Below the pieces are notes generated by a model. It worked only from the letters and a program-made list of their open reading frames with translations, was not told where the DNA came from and searched no databases. A program made the translations under genes and the position numbers. Below are positions 8,798 through 18,111 of a stretch of DNA of 64,000 bases, in pieces (within the stretch, counting starts at the first letter, position 1; each line of letters opens with the position of its first letter). This DNA comes from Gemmatimonadaceae bacterium (GTDB lineage: Bacteria; Gemmatimonadota; Gemmatimonadetes; Gemmatimonadales; Gemmatimonadaceae), in NCBI GenBank assembly GCA_036557635.1, contig DATBHD010000085.1:213-64212 (forward strand), read 5' to 3'.

Positions 8798-9957
8798 TGC
8801 GTGGCCCCGAGGATTCCTGGATTCAACACGTTCAGCGGATCGAACGTCGATTTGATTTCGCGGTCGAGCCGGTTTCGGCTCGCGGACGGCGCGAGGCGAT
8901 CCCAAAGTGTGGCGGGGAGTCGTTCGAAGATCCGCGTGCCGTCGAACGGCGTGTCGAGGGCGGAGCCCACGGCAGTCTCGCTCATCTCGGCGCGGAGGGG
9001 CAGTATGATGCGCACGACGCCGCGCCCCGGATCGCCGTGGCCGTAGCCCCCTGGCCAGCGTTCGATGACGCGTGCCGCATCCGCCCAGGTCGTCGCGAAG
9101 AGCGACGGGAGACGCGACAGGCGAAGCACGACGGCGCGCGACGGCTCAGCTGAACGGAGCGCGGGCCAGGGCTCGCCGTCGATCGTCCGCATGTCCCCGA
9201 TCGTTCGCAGCTGTTCGCGCTGCGCGCGCACCGCCTCCTCGTTGCCGCCGAGCCTAACGAGCAGGATCGGGCCGCGATCGGCCACGGCGAGCGCGCCCGC
9301 GAGCGGCGCGTCGAGCAGCTCCGCGGCCAGGGGCGAGAAGGGCAAGCGGTGCAGCGCCTCCCGGGCGCGGTCCACCCGGCTCGCGCCGCCGACGTCGATG
9401 GCCACCGTCGTCTCGACCGCCGGGAGCGCGCGCAGCCGCAGCGTCGCTTCGGTTAGCACGCCGAGCGTTCCCCAGGATCCGGTGACGAGCCTCGTTAGGT
9501 CGAAGCCAGCGACGTTCTTCACGACGCGGCCGCCGCCGCGCACGATATCACCGGCGCCGGTCACGAACTCGACGCCGAGCGTCATGTCGCGCGGCGTCCC
9601 GAAGTGACGCGCCAGCGGACCGTATGACGCGGTAGCGATCGTGGCGCCGATCGTCGCGCGCGCGGAATCGCCATGAGGGTCGAGCGCGAGCCACTGGCCG
9701 TGCGGCGCGGTGACGCGCGCGATCTCGTCGAGCGTCGTCCCGACGCGTGCGGTCAGCGTGAGGTCACCGGGCTCGTACTCGACGATGCCGGCGAGGTCGC
9801 GCATAACGAGTGTCTCGCCCGCGCGCACCGGCCGATTCGCGTCGAGCCAGCTGCCCCCCCCGACGATGCGCAGGGACTGGCCGCGCGCCGACGCGTCGCG
9901 CACGCGATCGACGACGTCGGTCGTCGAGGTCGGATTGCGCGCGAGCGTCGCCGTCAC
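8794..9957 (-). CDS. glcE: glycolate oxidase FAD-binding subunit
   Basis: FAD-binding PCMH-type domain (SLRIVGGGSWLD...). GTG start overlaps the glcD TGA (GTGA). The upstream part of the 499-aa track ORF is an out-of-frame overlap with glcD. Confidence 0.8.
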   Translation of the reverse strand: MTATLARNPTSTTDVVDRVRDASARGQSLRIVGGGSWLDANRPVRAGETLVMRDLAGIVEYEPGDLTLTARVGTTLDEIARVTAPHGQWLALDPHGDSARATIGATIATASYGPLARHFGTPRDMTLGVEFVTGAGDIVRGGGRVVKNVAGFDLTRLVTGSWGTLGVLTEATLRLRALPAVETTVAIDVGGASRVDRAREALHRLPFSPLAAELLDAPLAGALAVADRGPILLVRLGGNEEAVRAQREQLRTIGDMRTIDGEPWPALRSAEPSRAVVLRLSRLPSLFATTWADAARVIERWPGGYGHGDPGRGVVRIILPLRAEMSETAVGSALDTPFDGTRIFERLPATLWDRLAPSASRNRLDREIKSTFDPLNVLNPGILGATQ

Positions 9958-11435
9958 GGCGTCTCGCCCGCGCCGCGAGCGGCGGGTGCCATGTGCCACT
10001 CTCGGCACGAATGCATCGGCACGACCTTCCCGGGGTTGGCGCGCCGATCGGGGTCGAACACGTCGCGCAGCGAGCACATGGCGCGCAGCGAGTCGCTCGA
10101 GAAAATCGCGTCCATGTACGGCAGCTTGTCGATGCCGACGCCGTGCTCGCCGGTGATCGTGCCGCCGGCGTCGATGCAGGCGCGCATGATCTCGCGCATG
10201 GCCTCGTGGACACGTGCCGATTCGTCGGGGTTGTTCGCGTCGTACCCGATGTTGGGATGCAGGTTGCCGTCGCCCGCGTGAAACACGTTGCACACGGTGA
10301 CGCGATATCGCTCGGCGATGTCGTGCACGCGAGCGAGCATCTGCGGCAGCTTCGTGCGCGGGACGACCGCGTCCTGAACCACGAGGTGCGGCGAGATGCG
10401 GCCCATCGCGCCGAACGCCTTCTTGCGTCCTTGCCAGAGCTTCGCCCGCTCCGCTTCGTCGCGCGCCACGCGCACGGTGCGCGCGCCCGCCTCGCGCGAG
10501 AGGCTAACGACGGTCGCGACATCCGCGTCGAGACCCGCGGCGGGGCCGTCGAGCTCGACGAGAAGGACGGCGGCGGCGTCGGTCGGATAGCCGGCGGCGT
10601 AGATCGACGCCTCGACAGCGCGGATCGTCGCCGCGTCCATCATCTCGAGCGCCGCGGGCAGAATACCGCTGGCGATGATCGCCGACACGGCGCGCGCCGC
10701 GGCGTCGATCGATGAGAAGTCGGCGAGGAGCGTACGAATGGCTTGCGGGATGGGTGCGAGCCGCACGGTGATTTCGATCGCGACGCCGAAGCATCCCTCG
10801 GATCCCACGAACGCGCCGACGAGATCATATCCCTCGCTCTCGCCGGTGGCGTTTCCGAGCGTGACGACGTCGCCATTCGGCAGAACGACCTTCAAGGCGA
10901 CGACGTGATTGAGCGTCACGCCGTACTTGAGGCAATGCGGTCCACCGGCGTTTTCGGCCACGTTGCCGCCGATCGTGCACGCCGCCTGACTGGACGGATC
11001 GGGGGCGTACAGCAGTCCCTGGCCGCCGACCGCGCGCGACAGGGCGACATTCACCACGCCGGGCTCGACGACCGCGAGGCGATTCTCGGCGTCGACGGAG
11101 AGGATTCGCGTTAGGCGGTTGAGGCCGAGCAGTACGATGCCGTCGGCGAGCGCTCCGCCCGAGAGTCCGGTGCCCGCGCCGCGCGGCACGAAGGGCACAT
11201 TGCTCCGCGCGAGCTCTCGGACGACGGCGATGGCCTCGTCGCCCGTGCCGGGAAACACCGCGATCGACGGTTGCTTGGAGTATCCCGGCAGCCCGTCGGA
11301 GCTATACACGAGCAGTTCGCCACCGCGGAACAGCACGCGCCGCTCGCCGACGGTGCGCGCCAGCCGCTCGGCGAGGGCCGCGTCGAGCGCGCCGCGCGCC
11401 GCGCGTTCCACGACACCCGTAGTAGTCTCGGTCAT
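9954..11435 (-). CDS. glcD: FAD-linked oxidase, glycolate oxidase subunit GlcD
   Basis: 493 aa with FAD-binding type-4 domain (VPRGAGTGLSGGA) and C-terminal FAD-oxidase domain. ATGA overlap with the upstream gene. Confidence 0.85.
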   Translation of the reverse strand: MTETTTGVVERAARGALDAALAERLARTVGERRVLFRGGELLVYSSDGLPGYSKQPSIAVFPGTGDEAIAVVRELARSNVPFVPRGAGTGLSGGALADGIVLLGLNRLTRILSVDAENRLAVVEPGVVNVALSRAVGGQGLLYAPDPSSQAACTIGGNVAENAGGPHCLKYGVTLNHVVALKVVLPNGDVVTLGNATGESEGYDLVGAFVGSEGCFGVAIEITVRLAPIPQAIRTLLADFSSIDAAARAVSAIIASGILPAALEMMDAATIRAVEASIYAAGYPTDAAAVLLVELDGPAAGLDADVATVVSLSREAGARTVRVARDEAERAKLWQGRKKAFGAMGRISPHLVVQDAVVPRTKLPQMLARVHDIAERYRVTVCNVFHAGDGNLHPNIGYDANNPDESARVHEAMREIMRACIDAGGTITGEHGVGIDKLPYMDAIFSSDSLRAMCSLRDVFDPDRRANPGKVVPMHSCREWHMAPAARGAGETP

Positions 11436-12097
11436 GATTCCGGGTGCGCGCCGCGGCCGTTCGTCTTGGCGAGCGTATGCGCCTGCGCGCGGCCGACGAT
11501 GGTGTCCAACGCCGTCGACAACACGCGATCGAGCTGGCGCAGCCGCTCGAGCGGCGAGCGAGACGACAAGAGCTCTTGCCGTGCGTCGAGATCGATGTCG
11601 ATCATCGACGCGATCGCGAACGAGAGGCTCGCCGGCTCGTCAGGCAGATCGGGCAGGGGGTCGGGATCGTCGGCAAGAGTGCGCGCCGCGCGCGCGACGC
11701 GTCGAAAGACGTCGCGCAGCCGCTCCGCCAGCGCATCGAGCTCGGCGCCAATCTCGAATTCGTCTTCGAACGCCACGGCGCTGCCGACATGATATGGGTG
11801 CGGCGAGTCGACGAATGACACCAGCGCGAATCGTTCGGCGCCGCGAACGACGATGTTCGATCGCCCCTCCGGTAACGCTTCCATACTCACGATGTCGGCG
11901 ACGCAGCCGACGGTTCCGGGCGCGATCTCGACCTCGGACACGCCTTCCGGAAGCCGCACGATACCAAAGCCCTCCTCGCGCTCGACGCAGTCCGCGAGCA
12001 GCTGGCGATACCGGGGCTCGAAGACGTGCAGAGGCAACGTCGTTCCCGGAAACAGAACGACGGGCAATGGGAACAGCGCCAAATGGTCGAGGTCCAC
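11432..12097 (-). CDS. LON peptidase N-terminal (substrate-binding) domain protein
   Basis: 221 aa; LFPLPVVLFPGTTLPLHVFEPRYRQLL is the hallmark start of the Lon N-terminal domain. No ATPase or protease domain. Confidence 0.75.
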   Translation of the reverse strand: MDLDHLALFPLPVVLFPGTTLPLHVFEPRYRQLLADCVEREEGFGIVRLPEGVSEVEIAPGTVGCVADIVSMEALPEGRSNIVVRGAERFALVSFVDSPHPYHVGSAVAFEDEFEIGAELDALAERLRDVFRRVARAARTLADDPDPLPDLPDEPASLSFAIASMIDIDLDARQELLSSRSPLERLRQLDRVLSTALDTIVGRAQAHTLAKTNGRGAHPES

Positions 12098-12106
12098 GAG
12101 CGTAAC

Positions 12107-13030
12107 CTACAGCTTGGCTTGTCCGGAAGAAAAGCCGCGCTCGTCCGTCGTTTCTCCAACGACCACTCTCAACGCGTGCGGCACCAGCCGGTAATCGAGC
12201 GGAGGCTTGGCGCGAGTGATCTCTCCGTCGACGGCGATATTCCACGCGAGCACACTGGCGCGAGGCTCGATGCGCACGCGGTCGACGAGAAAGCTTTGCA
12301 TTGCCGGCGTCTTCGAAGCGGCACGCACGCCGCGTGCGGCGGCGGCCAAGGCGTGAGCGAGCATGCGCCCACCGCTGCGCGACTGGATCACCATCACGTG
12401 GAGTCCGGGATGACCATTCTCGACGCGGGCGCCCAGCGTCGGGAGACGAAGCTCGCGCTCGCCGACGCCGACGAAGACCAGCGGTGTGATGTACTCGCGC
12501 ACCTCGCCATTCACCTCGAGCGTGACGCGAAACGTGTGAAGGCGAACGAGAATGCGCAGCGCGGCGACGAGCGAAGCGAGCCAGTAGCCTAACCGGCGCT
12601 CGAAGCGATCGCGGGTTCGCACGTAGGTGATGTACGCGCCCACTGAGCTGGTGTTGAGAAAAATCTTGCCATTCACCTCGCCGACGTCGATGCTGCGCGT
12701 CGACGTGCCCATCGCGACGCGAACGGCCTCGTCCAGAGTGGGAGGAATGCCGAGGTCCTGCGCGAGGTGGTTGAGGGTACCGCCCGGCAAGATCGCAAGC
12801 TCACAGGAAGTGCCGAGCAGCGCGCCCGCCGCGGTGGCGATCGAGCCGTCTCCGCCGGCGACGACAACTCGTCGCGCTCCGCTCTCCACGGCACGTCGCA
12901 CGCGCGCCGCCAGCTCGTTCGGTGCGATGCGCTCGACGTGAAAGCCGCCCGCTCTGTCGAGCACCGCGCTCGCATCGTCGGCGCTCCCAGCCTTGCTGTT
13001 TACGAATGCCGGTATCCGGACGTCGATCAC
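12107..13030 (-). CDS. diacylglycerol kinase family lipid kinase (YegS/BmrU-like)
   Basis: VVVAGGDGSIATAAGALLGTSCELAILPGGTLNHLAQDLG catalytic-domain motif. GTG start overlaps the TGA of the upstream gene (GTGA at 13027-13030). Confidence 0.75.
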   Translation of the reverse strand: MIDVRIPAFVNSKAGSADDASAVLDRAGGFHVERIAPNELAARVRRAVESGARRVVVAGGDGSIATAAGALLGTSCELAILPGGTLNHLAQDLGIPPTLDEAVRVAMGTSTRSIDVGEVNGKIFLNTSSVGAYITYVRTRDRFERRLGYWLASLVAALRILVRLHTFRVTLEVNGEVREYITPLVFVGVGERELRLPTLGARVENGHPGLHVMVIQSRSGGRMLAHALAAAARGVRAASKTPAMQSFLVDRVRIEPRASVLAWNIAVDGEITRAKPPLDYRLVPHALRVVVGETTDERGFSSGQAKL

Positions 13031-16000
13031 GCGCCGCGGCTTGCTTCGATCGCCCCGAGCTCCACGGTCGCCTTTCGCTCGAGCTTTCCCCACCCGACGA
13101 CGTGGCCGCGAATGGCCGCGGCAAACGATTTCACCACGACCCAGTACATGATCTGTCGATAGGCGAAGCGCTGGAGGAAGATCAACCAGGTGAGCTGCTT
13201 CTCCTCGCGCGGCTCCATGAGAAAGGCGAACATTGCCGCCGCCCAATCCACGAGCAGGAAGACGGCGTAATACGTCAGCACCTGCTCGAGGTTGACGAGC
13301 GCGTACGTCGCGCCATGCGATGTGCGCGTCGCCCACACCGACAGCAGGCTGAAGACGAACATCAGGTCGGCGAGCGGCGACAGCGCGGGCAACAGCAATT
13401 GAAAGAGCCAGACGTTAGGCAGCGCGATCCAACCGAGCGTACCATAGCGCCGGCGGAAGAGCGTCGCGCGGTGCTTCCACGCGCACTGCAGAGTTCCGAA
13501 TGACCAGCGAAAGCGCTGGCGCGCGAGCGCGCGCAGCGTGTCGGGCGCTTCTGTGAGCGCGACGGCTCCGTCCGCGTATGCCACCGCGTAACCGGCGCGG
13601 CGCACGGCGAGCGTCAAGTCCTGATCCTCGGCGAGCGTGTCCCCTTTGAAGCCGCCGACCTGATGCACTACGGAACGGCGCCAAGCGCCCACCGCGCCGG
13701 GGACTACCGTTATGCAGTCGAGCAACGAGAACGCGCGGCGATCGAGATTCTGGCTCGTAACGTACTCGAGGGCCTGCCAACGCGTCACGAGGTTGATTCG
13801 GTTGCCGACCTTCGCGTTGCCGGCGACGGCGGCGACTCGATCCTCGGCGAGCGGCTGGACGAGCTCCGCGACCGTGTCCCGCATGAACAGCGTGTCCGCA
13901 TCGAGCGCGATGATGATGTCGTGCCGCGCGTAACCGATTCCGAAGTTGAGCGCGCTCGCCTTGCCGCCATTCGCCTTGGTGAAGACATGGACCCGTGGAT
14001 GGTCGCCATGGGTCGCACGCGCGCGCTGATAGGTGGCGTCTTGTGATCCGTCGTCGACGACGATGATCTCGATCCGGCCCGCGTACTGCTGCGCCAACAG
14101 GCTGTCGATCGTTCGACCGATGACCTTCTCCTCGTTATACGCGGGAATCACGACGCTCACCGCGGGCGCGAATGAAGTCGGCAGCGAGCGATCCTGATGC
14201 CGCTTCACCCGCTGGACGAGAGCGAGGGTGCCGATCACGACCAGGCGGCCGACACCGAGGACCACGGCGATCGTGAAGATCCAGAACAACAGCCATTCGA
14301 CGATGCCGAGCAGTCCGAAGCCACCGATGAGCACGAGGCGCTGCATGCCGCTCATCGGGCCTAACGGCGGCATCGCTTCATCGCGTGTCAGGCCGGCGAG
14401 CTGCGAGACGAGCACGAGCGTATCCCCGCGCGCGCGGAGGGAGTCGATCAATGGGCCGAGCGCGGCGAGAGTGTTCGCGCGGTTGCCGCCGCCATCATGA
14501 AGCAGCACGATGTTGCAGGCGGTGGTCCGCTGGCCGCGCGCCAGTGAATCGGAACACTCTCCCCGGTCTGTCGGGTCTTCCGGCCGCGCATTCAGCACGT
14601 TCCTGATGATCGAATCGGGAGCGGGATCCTGCCAATCCTCCGAATCGACGTGCAGGCCGACCGTTATGTAGTTACGGTTCGTCGCCAGCGCCACGGGGAC
14701 AAGCTCGTTCCGCGTCGTGGGCTCGGCGTCGCCGAAATAGGGCGGACGAAAGAGCGCCGTGCGCCGGTCGAGCATCGCTTCGATGAGTCGTTCGTTGGCG
14801 TCGAGCTCGACCTCGGTGCGCTTGCGCCCCGTTAGGCCCAGATTCGGGTGCGAGTAGGTGTGGTTGCCGATCTCGTGGCCCTCGCGATAGATGCGGCGGA
14901 GCAAGCGAACGTGCGCGTCGGCGTTCTGTCCGATGACGAAGAATGTCGCTTTCACGCCGCGCGACTGGAGGGTGTCCAGGATCGGGCCAGTCCAGTCGGG
15001 GTCCGGGCCATCGTCGAATGTGAGCGCCACCCAGTGCGGATGAATCTCCTGCGCGCCGAAGCGCTGGACGATGTAGGGGGTGGGATAGCTGGTAAAGCGC
15101 TCGCCCGACACGAGGCCGGTCGCCGAATCGATGGCGAGAACCCGAGTTCCCGCGACCGGCTGCGCGCGAATGCGGAGAATCTCTCCCTCGCCATCGAGCT
15201 CGGGGTCGTAGCCGGGGAGGGAAGTCGTTAGGCGATCGGGCGACAACAGCTGCCCGTCCTCATCGAGGACGCGCCAGAGCGACGGGTCCTCCGACCCAAG
15301 GCGCCAGAACGCGACCCCGGCGACACCTAACGATTGCGCGACTTTGATCTGGTTGTACGCGGTGAGTGCATCGAGGAACCAGATCTCGTGATCGGTCGAG
15401 TCGCGGCTCTGAAAGGTGACGACGGGGTTGAGCGAAGCGCGGTCCATGCGCAGCACGGCGCCGCTGTCACGAACGACCCGCATCACGTCCTGAAACGTCG
15501 CCTCGTCCGCGGCGATCTTTCCAGTGCGGTCATTCCAGTCGTATCCGTAGGCGCCGACCATCAGCACCAGCTTGTTCCGCGGTACGATCGTCGCGATCGC
15601 ACGCGCCCGGTCCGCGTAGAACTGCTGACTGGCGACCGGCCCGGGATCACCACCGCTGTAGTGCTCGTCGAACAACATCGCGAACAGCTGATCCGCGTTC
15701 GCTGAGATCTCGCGCAAGTCGGCGTCGCCGATCGATGCCGGGACGGCGTACGCCACGGTCTTGCCGAGTGGCTGGAGCGTAGCGCGAAGCTCTCTCGTGA
15801 ATGCCATCGACCACTCGTGCAGGTGGGGGAAGTTGTCCGCCACCTCGAAATCGACGAGCACTCCCGCGAGCCCATTGGCGCGCACGACCTGGGCGAGCTG
15901 GGCAATCGCGCGCGCGCGAGCCGCGGGACGCGACAGCAACGCGCGGAGCTCCTGCTGCCCGAATTGCTGGGCGAGTGAATTGAAGTTGCTCACCATGAGC

Positions 16001-16530
16001 AACAGGCGCGGCCGCTTCTCGACGGGCTCCTCGAGCACGCGCGCCATCGCGCGCTTGCCGCTCAACGTGTCGAGGCGCAGCGAGTCGCCACCGCGCGCGA
16101 CGAATGCCCACTCGAGTACGACGAGATCGAGCTGCTTGAGATTCGCGTCGAGTGAGGCGTACGAGTTGTCGTCCCAGTTCACGTAGAAGCCCCCGATCAA
16201 CGGCGCTCCGGCTGCCGGTCGCTTCTCGCCATTCGATGGGATCGACGGCATGCGGTTGACGTGTCGGGCGGGGGGCGCGCGCCGCGTCGTCGCAAGCGCC
16301 TGCTGGAGGCGGCGCTTCGCCAGCAACCGTACGCGGTCGGACAGCCTAACGACTGGCTTCCGGGTGAGCGACTGCGGATGCAGCGTCGGGATGCTCGGCG
16401 CGAACAACAGGCTGAGCCCGAGGGTCAACCCGATGACGGTTGTGACGACACCAAGGACGACGGCGGCGCGGCGAATGCGCTGCCATCGGCGGCCCGATCT
16501 GTCGATGAAAACGGGAGTGCGATGCTGCAT
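13027..16530 (-). CDS. fused exopolysaccharide enzyme: TM anchor + GH18-like domain + CE4 (NodB) polysaccharide deacetylase + processive GT2 synthase (PgaC/IcaA/chitin-synthase-like)
   Basis: 1167 aa. GH18-like GVLVDFE motif; NodB motifs LTFDDGPD and GHEIGNHTYSH; GT2 motifs VVIPAYNEE, VVDDGSQD, ALDADT and QRFRW; several TM helices flank the GT2 domain. Confidence 0.85.
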   Translation of the reverse strand: MQHRTPVFIDRSGRRWQRIRRAAVVLGVVTTVIGLTLGLSLLFAPSIPTLHPQSLTRKPVVRLSDRVRLLAKRRLQQALATTRRAPPARHVNRMPSIPSNGEKRPAAGAPLIGGFYVNWDDNSYASLDANLKQLDLVVLEWAFVARGGDSLRLDTLSGKRAMARVLEEPVEKRPRLLLMVSNFNSLAQQFGQQELRALLSRPAARARAIAQLAQVVRANGLAGVLVDFEVADNFPHLHEWSMAFTRELRATLQPLGKTVAYAVPASIGDADLREISANADQLFAMLFDEHYSGGDPGPVASQQFYADRARAIATIVPRNKLVLMVGAYGYDWNDRTGKIAADEATFQDVMRVVRDSGAVLRMDRASLNPVVTFQSRDSTDHEIWFLDALTAYNQIKVAQSLGVAGVAFWRLGSEDPSLWRVLDEDGQLLSPDRLTTSLPGYDPELDGEGEILRIRAQPVAGTRVLAIDSATGLVSGERFTSYPTPYIVQRFGAQEIHPHWVALTFDDGPDPDWTGPILDTLQSRGVKATFFVIGQNADAHVRLLRRIYREGHEIGNHTYSHPNLGLTGRKRTEVELDANERLIEAMLDRRTALFRPPYFGDAEPTTRNELVPVALATNRNYITVGLHVDSEDWQDPAPDSIIRNVLNARPEDPTDRGECSDSLARGQRTTACNIVLLHDGGGNRANTLAALGPLIDSLRARGDTLVLVSQLAGLTRDEAMPPLGPMSGMQRLVLIGGFGLLGIVEWLLFWIFTIAVVLGVGRLVVIGTLALVQRVKRHQDRSLPTSFAPAVSVVIPAYNEEKVIGRTIDSLLAQQYAGRIEIIVVDDGSQDATYQRARATHGDHPRVHVFTKANGGKASALNFGIGYARHDIIIALDADTLFMRDTVAELVQPLAEDRVAAVAGNAKVGNRINLVTRWQALEYVTSQNLDRRAFSLLDCITVVPGAVGAWRRSVVHQVGGFKGDTLAEDQDLTLAVRRAGYAVAYADGAVALTEAPDTLRALARQRFRWSFGTLQCAWKHRATLFRRRYGTLGWIALPNVWLFQLLLPALSPLADLMFVFSLLSVWATRTSHGATYALVNLEQVLTYYAVFLLVDWAAAMFAFLMEPREEKQLTWLIFLQRFAYRQIMYWVVVKSFAAAIRGHVVGWGKLERKATVELGAIEASRGA

Positions 16531-16569
16531 GGAGAGAAGCGAATGATAGCCCCTCGCCCAGAAGACGAG

Positions 16570-16600
16570 CGAGGCGGGGACCTACCCGGTCCCCGCCTCG
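16570..16600 (-). terminator. hairpin downstream of the sigma factor gene
   Basis: Perfect 11-bp stem CGAGGCGGGGA / TCCCCGCCTCG with a 9-nt loop, 25 nt after the stop at 16625. The T tract is weak. Confidence 0.5.
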
Positions 16601-16624
16601 TCAACGCCAATCACTAAGAAGTTT

Positions 16625-17518
16625 TTACGCCGCCCAGAATCCGCAGAGGGCGCGGCCATCCGGCGACTCGCGCAGCTTCTCGAAGGCGCGCTCCCGAATC
16701 TGACGAATGCGCTCGCGCGTGACACCCATGAGGGCGCCAATCTTCTCGAGCGTCATCGCCTCGGACCCCTCCTCGAGGCCGTAGTACAGGTACAGAATCT
16801 TGCGCTCGCGCGGCGACAGGTACTTCCGGAACACGCGATCGATGAACTCACGCATGAGCTTGTAATCGCAGCGATCCTCGATATCCGCTCCATCGACGCC
16901 AGCGAATCGCTCGCCAAGGGTCGAGGCTTCTCGATCGGATCTATCGATAGGGGCGTCGAGGGAGACTTCCGTAGCCGACATCTGCTTCGCCGCTCGGACC
17001 ACCTCGGGCGTCTCTTCCAGCAGGCGGCTGATTTCTTCTTCGGTGGGGTCGCGCTTGAGAACCTGGGCGAGGATCGTCTCGGCGCGAGCAAGACGAATGA
17101 GCTGCGAATTCTGATTGAGTGGGATTCGAACCGACCTCGTTTGCTCTGCCAGAGCCTTGAGCACCGCTTGTCGAACCCACCACACTGCATACGAGATGAA
17201 CTTGACGCCTTGGTCCGGATCGAACTTTCGCACCGCCTTCAGAAGCCCTTCATTGCCAATGGCGACGAGCTCCGAAAGATCGAGTCCGTGGCCCTGGTAT
17301 TTCTTCACATAGGAGATGACAAATCGCAGGTTCGCGGTTACCAGTCGCTCCGCCGCCTTCTCGTCGCCACGCTGGGCGCGTCGCGCCAAACGTCTCTCTT
17401 CCTCTGGGTCGTCGATGAGCGGGAGCTTCTGAATGTCCTGGAGGTACTGGTCGAACGCGGTGGAGGGCGAAGAACGAAAGTAGCCTCTGGTGGACCTGGT
17501 CTCCGTCACTTGCTCCAT
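16625..17518 (-). CDS. RNA polymerase sigma-70 family factor (RpoD-like, regions 1.2-4)
   Basis: 297 aa. Region 2 (FISYAVWWVRQAV), region 3, and region 4 HTH (LEKIGALMGVTRERIRQI). Confidence 0.85.
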   Translation of the reverse strand: MEQVTETRSTRGYFRSSPSTAFDQYLQDIQKLPLIDDPEEERRLARRAQRGDEKAAERLVTANLRFVISYVKKYQGHGLDLSELVAIGNEGLLKAVRKFDPDQGVKFISYAVWWVRQAVLKALAEQTRSVRIPLNQNSQLIRLARAETILAQVLKRDPTEEEISRLLEETPEVVRAAKQMSATEVSLDAPIDRSDREASTLGERFAGVDGADIEDRCDYKLMREFIDRVFRKYLSPRERKILYLYYGLEEGSEAMTLEKIGALMGVTRERIRQIRERAFEKLRESPDGRALCGFWAA

Positions 17519-17757
17519 ACACGCTCCTCAACGAGGGGTTGGTGGAGCGAGCACCATGGCGGGGCGTCGGCGCCCATCGCGCGATAGTCTCGCGAGAGGT
17601 AGGGCAGGGGTCAGGGGCGGCTAGGGTAATGAGACGTTCAGACAGCGTCAATACTGAATTGTGACCTTCGTCCCACCCAGAATGGCCGCGAACGCGGGGC
17701 GTAACGAGTTATCCGCTGGCTCGATGGTCAGTTACAGGTTACTTCGCCATCGTAGGG

Positions 17758-17797
17758 AAAAAATCAGGGCCGACCCGTCATAACGATGTGTCGGCCC
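17758..17797 (-). terminator. intrinsic terminator after the small membrane protein gene
   Basis: On the minus strand, GGGCCGAC / GTCGGCCC stem followed by TGATTTTTT. Begins about 40 nt after the stop at 17837. Confidence 0.55.
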
Positions 17798-17836
17798 ATT
17801 CTCTTTCGCTGGAATCCCGGTCGAATTACTCGGGAA

Positions 17837-18016
17837 TCATGTCGAAGGAGGATCGCGTCGCCTCGTCCGACTCGTCGCCATCAGAACCCCGATGCCAAGC
17901 AGAATGATGATTCCGACGGCGATCCAAACCGTGGGGACGTTCAGAAGGTACGCGCCGAACGCGAGGCCAACGATCAGGATTACGAATCCGATGAGATACG
18001 TGGCGAAGGCTGACAT
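17837..18016 (-). CDS. small two-TM membrane protein (59 aa, below the ORF-track cutoff)
   Basis: ATG...TGA frame translates to MSAFATYLIGFVILIVGLAFGAYLLNVPTVWIAVGIIILLGIGVLMATSRTRRRDPPST. GC-rich third positions, a basic tail and its own terminator. The listed + ORF 17786-18013 is its antisense shadow. Confidence 0.5.
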   Translation of the reverse strand: MSAFATYLIGFVILIVGLAFGAYLLNVPTVWIAVGIIILLGIGVLMATSRTRRRDPPST

Positions 18017-18068
18017 GGAGTAGAGGGGGCTGAGGAATAAGGGCTAGGGACTAGTGTCGGCGTTTCCC

Positions 18069-18107
18069 AGCACCAAGACCAAGCACCTAGCACCTCGTGT
18101 ACCACCT
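18069..18107. repeat. AGCACCT-type heptamer repeat cluster (locus b)
   Basis: AGCACCaagaccaAGCACCTAGCACCTcgtgtACCACCT, immediately 3' of the stop at 18112. Confidence 0.6.
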
Positions 18108-18111
18108 GACT

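Noticed and set aside
7517-9046. 509-aa + strand ORF opposite glcF/glcE
   Set aside because: It is an antisense GC artefact. The glcF frame carries canonical Fe-S cluster motifs.
9958-10293. N-terminal extensions of several track ORFs (glcE to 10293, lipid kinase to 13336, tsaD to 56955, NlpC/P60 from 46934, acpS from 51430)
   Set aside because: Each extension overlaps the preceding gene out of frame. Internal GTG/ATG starts in 1-4 nt stop/start overlaps give proteins of the expected length beginning at the expected conserved N-termini.
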